Shown piece by piece: positions 1 through 10,309 of a DNA stretch of 64,000 nucleotides. The DNA is from Microbotryum violaceum (lineage: Eukaryota). A program made the position numbers and the translations under genes. The stretch is taken from the NCBI GenBank assembly GCA_001244265.2, contig CDLV01000010.1, positions 1,488,001 through 1,552,000 of the forward strand, read 5' to 3'. Every line of letters begins with the position of its first letter. Position 1 is the stretch's first letter. A model generated the notes under the pieces. That model was not told the origin of the DNA. It saw only the letters and a program-made list of their open reading frames with translations, and ran no database searches.

Positions 1-1617
1 CGGCCATCCAAAGTGAGAAACCGACGACGGCCCAGTGGGAAGCTTTGAGCAGGGCACGATCGTTGGCAGTGGGTCGGACGTAGGTTTTGAAGACGTCGTA
101 GGAGATGACGGTCGAGACGCCGATCAGTTGAGCAGAGATGGCGGACGTGCACGACATGAACTGCGGATGGGGACCGAGCTGTTAGGAACGTGTCCGATAG
201 TTCGGACAAGTGCTCAGGCGTGGATTGACCATCAGGAGCAAGACGGCAGCGGCTCCACCGGTACCCATAATGGTTTGAGCGGCACTGTGAAAAGAGGCCC
301 GACTTTAATCAGCAACGAGATTGCAAGGATACGTGTCGTGGGTCAAACTCACTAGGGCAAGACAAGACCGGCACCAATTTCGCTAGCGTTCATGCGACGA
401 GGGAAAGTCGGAAAGCTGGGCGTGTGCTCCAAGGCGACGGCGACCAAACCCGCGGTCGTTGCAAGGGTAAACGGCATGGCGTACCACGAAAGACCACCGA
501 GGACGTAGCCCGGAATCGCGGCTTCAGGAGCTGCGGCGATGCCCTTCTGATGAAACGAGTTGTCGAGGAACACGACACCGGTATATTCGAGAATCGACAA
601 GATGGCGAATTTGAGCGCACCCAGGGAGCGGACTGTGAGATAGGAGTGATCAAGCGTTGGCGCTTCGCGGTTGCGGTTTTGAGCCTCAATGAGAAGGTCG
701 TACATGCGGTCCGGGGAGCCCACTTGACTGCTCGTCGTATAGGCGACAAACCAAAATATGAGCAGGATGATGAGGATGATCGAGGTATGGGCATAGTCGG
801 TCAAGATTGTGGCGCGGAGGCCCCCGCGAAGAGTGTAGGCGGCGACGGAGAGCGGGAACAGCCATAGGGCGGCGTAGATTGACATTCCGGTGAGCGAGTT
901 GACCGCAGCAGCACCTCCAAGGAGCACAGAGGAGACGACGAGCTACATGAGCATAGCAACAAAAGGGTTAGCGCATAGTCACGAGATTCGTCGTCGAGTA
1001 TTATAAGGTACCTACGGTGTTTGCGGCCAAAGAGAAGAACATGAAGGACAGGTGAACAAAGGTGCCGTACCGTACTCGCATGATTTCGAGAAAGGTGTGT
1101 GCGTTAGGAGCTTTTCGCTTCGTTTGGATGGCCAGGTTTGAGAACACCATGATTTGGGTCGAGTTGCCTGTGAGATGACGGACAATATCGGGAGGTCAGA
1201 GGCTGAAGCGTGACAATGTCGGAACAGCAGACTCACAAGCAGCATAGAAAAAGGCACCCGCGACACCATATTGATATGCGACAGTGCAACTCGAAAGCAA
1301 TGTGGTCGACCAAGTCCAACTCGAGATGACACCGGCGGCGGTCAAACCGGTGCCGATCGAGCGTTTGGCGACCGTGAATTCCTCGTTGTCATCGGTGTTA
1401 CCTCGACGGGACAGCAAGTCCGAGATGCCGACCATGCCGATGGCGAAGAGTGCACCAAGACCAACGACGAAGCCATAGCTGTGTGATAGATTGAGACAAA
1501 ACGTGCGCAGGGGTTGAAATGATCGGGATAGTTCGGTCAGCAGGAAGAATTGGTGCCCTCTAGCGCATGCCGAACTCACCCGGCGCCTTGAGAAAGAGGA
1601 GGCACGATCTCGCTCAT
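1..1617 (-). CDS. DUR3: Urea/polyamine active transporter, sodium:solute symporter family; multi-exon, 3' part runs off the window
   Basis: ATG at 1617 (MSEIVPPLSQGAG, then GTGAGT intron); exons encode YGFVVGLGALFA..EEFTVAKRSIGTGLTAAGVISSWTWSTTLL, YTLRGGLRATILTDYAHT and GYVLGGLSWYAMPF, typical of fungal DUR3-type transporters. Confidence 0.9.
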
Positions 1618-3166
1618 GATAATTTTTTGGAGCCTATAGATCAGAGAGTACCAAGAGGGAGAAGTAAGTCGGTGGAGTTGCTGCTGACTGCTGTGTGGCT
1701 CCTGGTAGCAGGTGCCCACGATCGCACCACCGCGCGCAAGCGCCCAAGGCGCCGATCGAACTGGAAAATGAGCTCCTTGTTTCTGTCGACGATTGCGAAA
1801 ACGGGCGATCGCCTGCAGTGCGCGCCGCCGCTCGGCCGATCTGCCTCCTATCGAACGACTTTGAAAAGCGACGAAATATTTTGGTTGGAGTACCCGATAT
1901 CAAATCGAAGCTTTCATCTTCCTTTCCCACTGCTTAATACTACTGTTCGTACGTCTTCCCTATCTGGCATCCAAGGTTCCGTCTTCAAGCTCGTCATTCG
2001 CTGCCTGCCCTGCGCAGAAAAGCTGCCAGCGCTCAGGCTGATAAGCAAAGCCACAACTACTTTAACTTGTCGATTCGGCGCCCAAAACCCACGCGAGCGA
2101 CAAGGCACCAGTTCCACGTCATTCTAATTTAGGTCTTGGAGGTGCCTAGCGTGCCTCGATGAAGCAATCGGGCCGACCGTCTCGGAGCGCGCAGGCGTGC
2201 TCTCATCGCGTGCTTGCGCCGACTCGATTGCGCCAAATCTTTAGTCTCGAACGATTGCGCCTTCTCGCTTTGAAATCCGCTCCTGTCCGGAACAAGCCAG
2301 GCTCCGCAAGCATGTGAAAGCGATCGGCCGGAGATTAGAGATGGAGACGGGATTAAATATTATAATGAGTACTATCATCACTGATGAAGTTACAGAGGCG
2401 GGTTTACAGGGTTACATGTAGGTGACTGGAAGAAAATTTGGCGGCAATGAGAGCTGCCAATCCCGAGTTCCCATCTTGAGGAAGTTCGGACGCTCAAGTC
2501 TCACCTCACGCCCAAGTATTCGCCTTCTCCATCACTCGCCACGAATGCATAAGTGTTCACTTCAGACGGGCTGTAGCGATCCGCACGCCATCACGGCCTA
2601 GTCCGCTAGCTCCTGATGCCGAGCTCCACGCTTAGCGCCGGAGCCCGTTTCGTGCGGAGTTTGTTCTTCCTCCACACCCCGCACGTCATTCATTTCCGAA
2701 ACCCTCGACGTCTCGGGATGAGTTGATGCAAGTCCTGAGTCAGCATTTAATTAATGAAACCGTGTTGAGGGACCCGAACCTGACTTTAGCGTTGGCCGCT
2801 TGCCGCGGATGGAGTTAGTTGAGGTGGTTCAATGCTCAGGGCGAAGCTTGTTGTAGGCTGTCGTACTCGACTAGGCAAATTTTTAGTGTCAAGCGAATCA
2901 ACAATAAGCTATTGCATGTCGTCTTCGGCCCAGATCTTGTGAGAGAGTAGACCAGTCAAAAGGCATCGATTAGACATCACCCCCTGTCCACTTGCGCAAG
3001 CCAGTCGGATTGCGCGACTCCACTAGATCCTCGGCGCTTCTGGGTGTGGAAAACGTTCTCGTAGAGACGTGGAGACAACCTCTGTACCTAACACTCTCAG
3101 GTCTTCCTTTTCTTCTCCTTTACATCACGAAGACTTCTCCCCACCTCTCATTCATCTTGGCCCACC

Positions 3167-4868
3167 ATGGTCAACTTCAAACTCCTCCTCGCTTCGGCTT
3201 TGCCACTCACCACCGTCCTCGCCTTCCCTCAATACGCTGCCGAAAGTCGCGGTCTCAACCTCGCTACCTTTGAGAAAATCGTCGACGATATCATCAAACG
3301 CGCCAACATTCCCCAACTGCATGCCGATGCACGCGAGCGTCGTCGTAACAAGCGTGCCCCTACCTTCTCCGAGTCCCAACTGGTTGACATCACCGGTGTG
3401 CATGCGTTCAAAGCGCCTGGCGCTTCGGACACGCGAGGTCCTTGCCCTGGTCTGAATGTGCTCTCCAACCATGGATGTAAGTGATCAGTGATGCGCCATG
3501 TCAGATGTATCCCTGAGCTGAATAAAGGGTGTCCCTCCCAATTTGCAACAGACTTTGCTCGCAACGGTAACACCAACCTCGTTGAATCCATCAGTGCTCT
3601 TGTCGAAGTTTTCAACATGGGTGTCGACACTGCCGTAAGCCCTTTCACCAACTCCCGACCGGGTCAAACATCTCTTCTGACCGCGGTCTTATTTTTCGCC
3701 TGCAATACAGACCGTGCTCGTCGCCTATTCGATCGCCATCATCGGCGACCCCATCGCTCTGACGTGGAGTATCGGTCGTTCACCTGGCAAGAGTACGCTC
3801 CTTCCTGGCATCCTGTCCGCCCCGGGTGGGATTGATCAGTCGCACAAGTAAGTCTCTTGGCTTTTTGCCGCATTCCAACTGCGGAAATCAACACTTTTTA
3901 AAGCTTCCCGTATGATTTGGTGGCTTCACAGCAACTATGAGAGTGATGATGCCTCGGTGACTCGCGGTGATTCTTTCCTCACCAATGGCGATGTTTGGAG
4001 TGTCTAGATCGGTAAGTCTAGCTTGCGCTCCGCCTTTCTGGATCTGCCTACGGCGAGACTGACAACACACTTGATCGCGCCTTCACTCAAACTTCGTAGA
4101 CAAGTTCAAGGCGTTGTACAACTTGCAATCGGACCCTGCTACGGCCGATTACACCTGCGACATCCTCGTCCAACATCGCAACTTTACGATCCAACAATCC
4201 ATCAGCACCAACCCCAACTTTTACTTCGCGTACGTTCTACACCTGTACTGGCTCACTTCATCCCAAGCCTGCACATTAACCAAAGTGATCCCCCCTTTCG
4301 TAGACCGTGGTCGGGCCTGGTGGTCGCCACCGCGGCGCACAACTTTGTCGCGAACTTCTTCGCGAATCATGCCGCTTCCCGTCCGGAAGGTTACCTCGAT
4401 CAATCGACCTTGAAATCCTTCTTCTCCATCGTCGGTGATACCCCCGAAACGCTCACTTGGGTACCAGGTGAAGAACGTATCCCTTCGAATTGGTACAAAC
4501 CTCCTACGCCTTACACCTTGGTCGACGTCGTTGCCGAAGTCGTCGCTGTGATCCTCGCCGTTCCCGCGGCGGGTAAGATCGGTGGTAATACGGGCAAGGT
4601 GGATTCATTCGTCGGCTTCGACGTCGCCAACGTTACTGGTGGGGTATTGAACGCTCAAACTTTGTTGGAAGGGAATAACCTCTTTTGCTTCGCTTATGCG
4701 ACAGCTCGAGCGGGAATTCCAACCATCTTGGGAGGTCTCGTTTGCACTTTGGGTCAGACGCTCGGCTTCTTGGATTCGAAATTGGCCGGCATCTTACCTC
4801 AATTGGGATGCCCCCAATTGGACAAGCTCAACTTGGATGCGTTTAACCAATTCCCGGGTCGTGGTTAA
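3167..4868 (+). pseudogene. Secreted heme-thiolate peroxidase (chloroperoxidase/unspecific peroxygenase family) with an in-frame TAG; probable pseudogene or disrupted allele
   Basis: Signal peptide MVNFKLLLASALPLTTVLA; proximal thiolate motif DTRGPCPGLNVLSNHG; SHNNYESDDASVTRGD motif. With introns 3848-3931 and 4012-4099, the exon reads ..GDVWSV*ID|KFKALYNLQ, with TAG at 4005-4007 in frame. Confidence 0.7.
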
Positions 4869-5207
4869 AGTTGGGGCAATGGAGGTGGTGGTTCTCCCTC
4901 GATGCTTTAAGGGGGATTCCACCATTCTTCTTTGCTTCCGGTTATTCACCTTCGTCCTTTTTTGCTCCTTGCGATGCTCCTCGCACCTTTGTCTCCCTCA
5001 TGGATTACTTTGTTTTATAAAGAGTTTCTTGCTTCCTCTGAAATGAATTCATAATCCGACGAGTCTGCTATACCACCTCCCAGCCTCTCTTGAGACCTTC
5101 TCTGGGCGACCTTCCTCGAGTTGATAATGAAAAGCAAACTACTCATTGCAAGCTCCACACCATTCCCGTCACACCGTCTAGACGATATAATAGCACACGT
5201 CCCTCGT

Positions 5208-5908
5208 TCAACCTTGTCGTTGCTTGTGCTGTAAAAAGTCAAGCGCGTGATCAGGATCGGTGAAAAGAATTGATCCGCGATGGGGTTTAGTAGACCCGAA
5301 CTGTTACTGACCTTTGGGTTATCGCAAAGCACAAAGAGGGTGTTATTACGTCGAACGACTTTACAGCTTGAGCTAATGGAGAGGGTAAGATTTGAACGTT
5401 AATGAAGGTCCGTTCCGGATGCGTTCCCGTCCCCCCCCCCGCGGACGAGCAGACAACGTCGTGATCAAATCAAAACTGACCAGAATCGCTTGACTGAACT
5501 TCGAACCTTCATACCCCTCTTCTGCATCTCCAACGTAGAAGCCATTCCCAAAACCGCGGCGGAGGAGGTCGTCGTCGCTCCGGGCCTAACGATAGGTGAA
5601 ATCAACGTCGAACTACTGGACGAACGAGGTGCACATCTGGCGCATCCACAGCTCTTGGGGTGTAGGGCTGAAGAAGTGATAGAAGATAAAGCTCGAAAAG
5701 TGGAAGGTGTGGGCTGGGTGAGAGGTGTAGGCGCTGATCGGGGTCGGATGAGGGTAGGTTGGGAAATCGTTCGAGGGGCGCAGCGCGCACAGCCGCAGCC
5801 TCGGACATGGGCTTGGGAGGTCAAGTAGGAGAGAGGGCGGACGGTGGAGGGGGAGAGGGTGAGGGATGCGAGGGAGGAACGAGCGGTTCGGGTGGTGAGG
5901 TGCAGCAT
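5208..5908 (-). CDS. RTC6: Mitochondrial ribosomal protein bL36m with long N-terminal presequence (3 exons)
   Basis: Spliced C-terminus [39 protein letters not shown] is the L36 signature with its C,C,C,H zinc ligands; stop at 5210-5208. Confidence 0.92.
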
Positions 5909-6311
5909 CGTGGTTGACTTGCGAGGGGGCGCGATGAGGAGAGTCTAGGGAGGATGGGGCGAAAGGGGCGGGGAGGTCAGTAGGTGTGACAGAGGAGAAG
6001 TAGCTACAGTACTCACCTGCTTGAAGTGGATGTGTGGTGGTGGGACGGTGGGGGGACGGGGACGGTATGGGCAGGTCGTCAAGCGGCAAGCAGTGGCGCA
6101 GCGCGGCTTTTAGTGTGAGGTGCGGCTGAGGGGTGGGCTGTGGTGTGGGCTGCAGCGGGTGTGGGTCCGTGCGAGTGAGTGCGAGCGTGTTCACCGCGCG
6201 TTGTGCAAGTGGAGAAGGGCGAGACGCGGGGGCGCTGCGGGACTGTGTGGCCTCGCTCGACTTTCTCAACCCCACAACCCAATCCACAAACACTCACCCA
6301 CCCCAATTAAC

Positions 6312-7570
6312 AGTAAGCACGAGCGCATAGATGCTCAGCACCCTGTGATACCCAGATCGAGCTCGGCTCACCTCTCTACCTGCTGCAGTGGCCTCTGAAG
6401 AACCCACCAACAACGTCGCAGCCGGCGAGGAAGAGTCGGGAGCCGTCTTTGAGCCCGTCATCAAGCTCGAGGAAAAGGTCGAGGTCAAGACCCACGAGGA
6501 GGATGAGGAACCTTTGTTCAAGATGTGAGTCGAGTTCAGAGGGGGGGGGGGGGGAATGGGGCTGAGCTGCCATGTCGAACCGGCTTCGTCGTCATCGTCG
6601 CGGTCGTCAACGTCGATCGATCGCGTGTCGATTCTCAGTCCAATGTCCCCCTCCATTTTGCGCTGCCTCCACACCCACCCCGTTCAAGAGCTAACTCAAC
6701 GAAAACACTTTTTGTACACCAGGCGGGCCAAGTTGTTCCGCTTCACACCCGAGTCGTCCGAATGGAAGGAACGCGGCACCGGTGACGTGCGGCTGCTCCA
6801 GCACAAGGACAGCAAGAAGGTTCGTCTCGTCATGCGACGCGACAAGACCCTCAAGGTCTGCGCCAACCACTATGGTCAGTCAAACTCGGCCATCAAACCA
6901 GATGTGTTTTGCTCATAATTTTGGTTCAACCCCCCCACTCTGCGCTCAGTCACGCCCGAGATGGCGCTCTCGCCCAACGTCGGCTCGGATCGCTCATGGG
7001 TGTACAACGTAGCCGCCGACGTCTCGGACGGTGAGGCATCCGCCGCGACCTTGGCCATCCGTTTCGCAAATTCAGAGAGTCAGTACCGCAGCTACGAGAC
7101 TCGACGCCTGGTAAAGCTGCCCCAGCTGACCTCTTTTACCACCTTGCCCTTTCCTTTCTCCCCACAACTCCCCAGACGCTGGCTTGTTCCGCACCGCCTT
7201 CCTGTCAGCCCAAGAGACGAACAAACCTTTACTCGGTTCCAACGCTGCGCCCGCCCCTGCGCCCGTGGACGACGAACCCCAAAAGGACGTCGACGCACCC
7301 AAGCCCGCCGCTGCTGAGGAGACAAAGGTCGACGACAAAAAGGACGAGCAGGAAGTTAAGGAGGCGACCCAGCCGACCAAGACCGAGCTCGTGCAAGGAG
7401 AACAAGTCAAGGTGCCGACAAAGGAGGTCAGTTCCTAGTTTGAAAGTGGGAGTGTTTCTTGACTAGGAGCGAAACAGGAGCTCATTTGACCCGAATCCTT
7501 CGCTCTGCCCATTTCTTCTCAGACCCCCTCCGAAGGTGATGCCCATGCTGCTACCGAGGCGTCAACCTAG
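6312..7570 (+). CDS. YRB1: Ran-binding protein 1 (RanBD domain)
   Basis: [76 protein letters not shown] formed by A6312 + TG6389-6390 across an intron; last exon 7523-7570. Confidence 0.93.
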
Positions 7571-7759
7571 GATGTTGTCATCTTTGGGTCATCCGTCGTC
7601 ACCTTTCCTAGCATGGTTTCTATGATTTCTCCTCCTCCACCCCTCAACACTTTCCGTCTCCGTATCGCGTGGATGCAATATCAACCCTCGAGCCCCTTCA
7701 CCCCCCACATCCCCTTTTTGCCATACTCTCTCCTCTTCTCAAGGCTGGGGTCGCGGCGC

Positions 7760-10130
7760 GGCTGGGTCGAGTTCATTTCTTCGCGCGCGACCGGTTTAGA
7801 GCGGTTTAGAGCGGTTTAATCCGGTTTAGCGACGCGCGCGCTTCCACTAAACCGTTGCTAAACCGCCTTAAACCGCTCTTAAACCGCTCTTAAACCGCGT
7901 TAAACCTGCTCGCGAGCAGGTTTAACGCGGTTTAAGCAACGGTTTAAGGTCCCGCGGCGTCCAAACTCGAGCCAGCCATATAATGAATCACAGCCTCAGA
8001 GTCAATGCAGTGACAACAGACTTATAATATTCCTCAATACACTCTCATGCGTCCTAGACCAACTGAGAATGTTATTCCCATCTTATATTTTGTTTATTAT
8101 TTAGAAAAAAGTGGACTTGTGTATATGATGGCGCGTTGTTTTCGGTGCTGATAGGTGCTGATTCCCACCCCAGCAGTGGGAAGACCGTCTCGCGCGTCGA
8201 CGCGCCCGACTGTTCTTGAGCTCGAACAACCACCCCTCAGCAATTCACCACACTTCACTTTTGCACTATTGGAACATTTTCTTCGTTCACGGAAGGCCCA
8301 TTCTTAACCTAGGATGCGCACTCGATCGTCTAGCGTTGCTGATTCTTCATCACCTTCGCCTCCAAGATCGCGACGCGATACCCATCTGAAAGCAAAGCGG
8401 ACGCGACCCAACGCGACGTCGTCCACACGTCGTTCGCAGCCGACCAAGTGTGAGCTCGCTTCGCTGTGATTCTGCACCTGGGAGGGTGGGCACTTAAACT
8501 CACGTCTCGCCGCTCTACAACTGCTCCCAGAACGGGTACCCTCGAATATGCTGCAAGCGAGGCAACGGCCCGTCCCGGCGCGTCAAAGCAACAGGCCCCT
8601 CTCGTCGTCCTTATCCTCGGAGGGCGCCCCTTCCCCGTCAAAAGTATGTATCGGTTATCGTACTGGCGTGTATCAAGCAAAGAGCTGACGGAAGCTTGCA
8701 ATGTTTAAATGCCCAGGCGAACCTCAGAAGCCAAGACCAAGGTTCGCAAGGGGTCTGAGAAGCGACAGAGTCTGAACTCGTCGCAAACCTCGAAGCGGAC
8801 CAAAACAACTCCGCCGGCCAAAACGTCTTCCCCGACCCCATTGACGAAGTCGTCGAGATCGGAAAACTTTCCCGCAAGGTTAGATTCCGACGCGCCGCTC
8901 TACTTCGAGTTTCTCAAGCAACACAACATTATCGCGGCCACCCTAACTAAACATGCTCCGGCGACCGAAAAAGGAAAGCGCAACCCCACCTACACCAAGA
9001 AGCGCGACAACGCGTTGTTTGAGGTAAAGTCTTGAGTTGCCAACTCGCATGCATCCGACGTCGATCTCTCGGTACGCGTCTTACTTCTCGTTTGACCTAT
9101 TGTAGATGATGGAAGGGGTGTACAGCGAGCGCCCGGACATGGCGCATTTCTTTAGCCCCGACGCGAAGGCCCACACCTCGGGCCGGCCTGTGAAGAGAAT
9201 TATTATCGAACGCGCAATAGGATGGTGGAAACGGCAATTCCCCAGCTTGAATCAGACGTCTGGTCCGGCAAGAGCTGATATAGTCGAACACCCGCTGCAG
9301 AGAGAAAGCAAAGTACAGGAAGGCTCGTGAACAGCTGGGTGAAACCGGTCAAGGTCTCACGTCTCCCGCCAACCTCGAGACGATCAATGACCCCGCTCCA
9401 CATCCAAACACCTCATCAGCCCGTGGCCGGGTCCTCTGCCGGCGTAGTTCTTTGCCCGATTCGCGTAGCGTTGTCCCGCGAGTTCTTCTTATTTGCGGAG
9501 CAACATCTCTAGGTGGTCCCAAAGAGCCTGTATTAGCGGTAGTTCATGCGAAAGTGATTGGTGCGGAACGTCCAACGTCCTCAGCCTGTCAAGAACGTCA
9601 GACCGGTCGTCGGACACTTCGGACGATTCGGGGCAGAATTGGCAAAGCCAAGAATCAACCAGTGGAGTTTCCGGGATAGAGGAGCGATTTGCTGTGCCGT
9701 TGGTAACATTGGCGGATCGCAGGTCTTCCGACGGTGAGAAAGAGGCTGGAGGCAACGACGCGTCGGAGTCCGTGTCCATCGCGTCCGACAACAAGTCGGA
9801 CTCCATCCCCGTATCAATCTCCAGCAGAATGGATTGGTTGAGGGATAAAAGTTCTTGAAGATCCCTCTCCGTTTCTTCGATCTCGACGCGACCATCATCA
9901 CGTTGCCATTGAATAGCGCTTTTGCGGACCATCGTGAGGAGTTGAGAACGATAGTTCGAGTGAGCGCGGATTGACGCGCTGAGAAGTGCCTCTTGAGATG
10001 CATCGATCAACTTTGATCAGAGGCAAGCTAAGTTGGACGCGCGCGCAGGGCGTTCATTTCAAAATGCCTAAACCGACACTAAACCGCAAGAACAGAAAAC
10101 GCGTGATTTTCAGAAATGAACTCTACCCTG
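7760..10130. mobile_element. Degenerate TIR DNA-transposon relic with subterminal AAACC arrays; superfamily unresolved
   Basis: CTGGGTCGAGTTCATTTCT at 7762 is an imperfect inverted copy of AGAAATGAACTCTACCCTG ending 10130; TAAACCG motifs at both ends; interior holds a decayed ORF with stops and frameshifts. No target-site duplication found. Confidence 0.55.
7792..7948. repeat. Array of GGTTTA/TAAACC motifs in both orientations, including a perfect 48-bp palindrome (7889-7936)
   Basis: Read directly: ggtttagagcggtttagagcggtttaatccggtttag ... ctaaaccgttgctaaaccgccttaaaccgctcttaaaccgct ... cttaaaccgcgttaaacctgctcg|cgagcaggtttaacgcggtttaag. Confidence 0.95.
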
Positions 10131-10309
10131 GGTTGACTTGTAATCAAAGCGCTCCCTTTCCCTTTTTCCTACCTGAACTGCTCGATTACATCAAATTCAG
10201 ATGATAGTCAATGCAGGTTCGAGCCCTGTCATGAACAGCATCTATGGTAAGGGAAGTTTGATGCACTGATCCAACGTAGCACGATTACGACCGACCAGCC
10301 ACTGGGGGT

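Noticed and set aside
1618-2045. GATA boxes upstream of DUR3 (GATAAT 1618, GATAAG 2040)
   Set aside because: Consistent with nitrogen regulation but too few and too short to distinguish from chance.
1-3160. TPP riboswitch associated with the urea-transporter-family gene
   Set aside because: Some fungal transporters of this family carry one, but I found no CTGAGA...GAACYTGAT...RTAAT...GCG aptamer core on either strand; the gaacctgac at ~2776 lacks the rest.
7792-7948. Interstitial telomere or CRISPR-like array
   Set aside because: Units are GGTTTA with variable 3-5 nt linkers in both orientations, not TTAGGG runs; there are no unique spacers and the genome is eukaryotic.
9190-9250. IIERAIGWWKRQFPSL as a Harbinger DDE transposase motif
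   Set aside because: It resembles ERAFGxLKxRF, but no upstream DDE motifs are present and part of it probably lies in an intron.
9489-10010. 173-aa minus-strand ORF as a gene
   Set aside because: No recognisable motif; best explained as the antisense shadow of the decayed plus-strand ORF.
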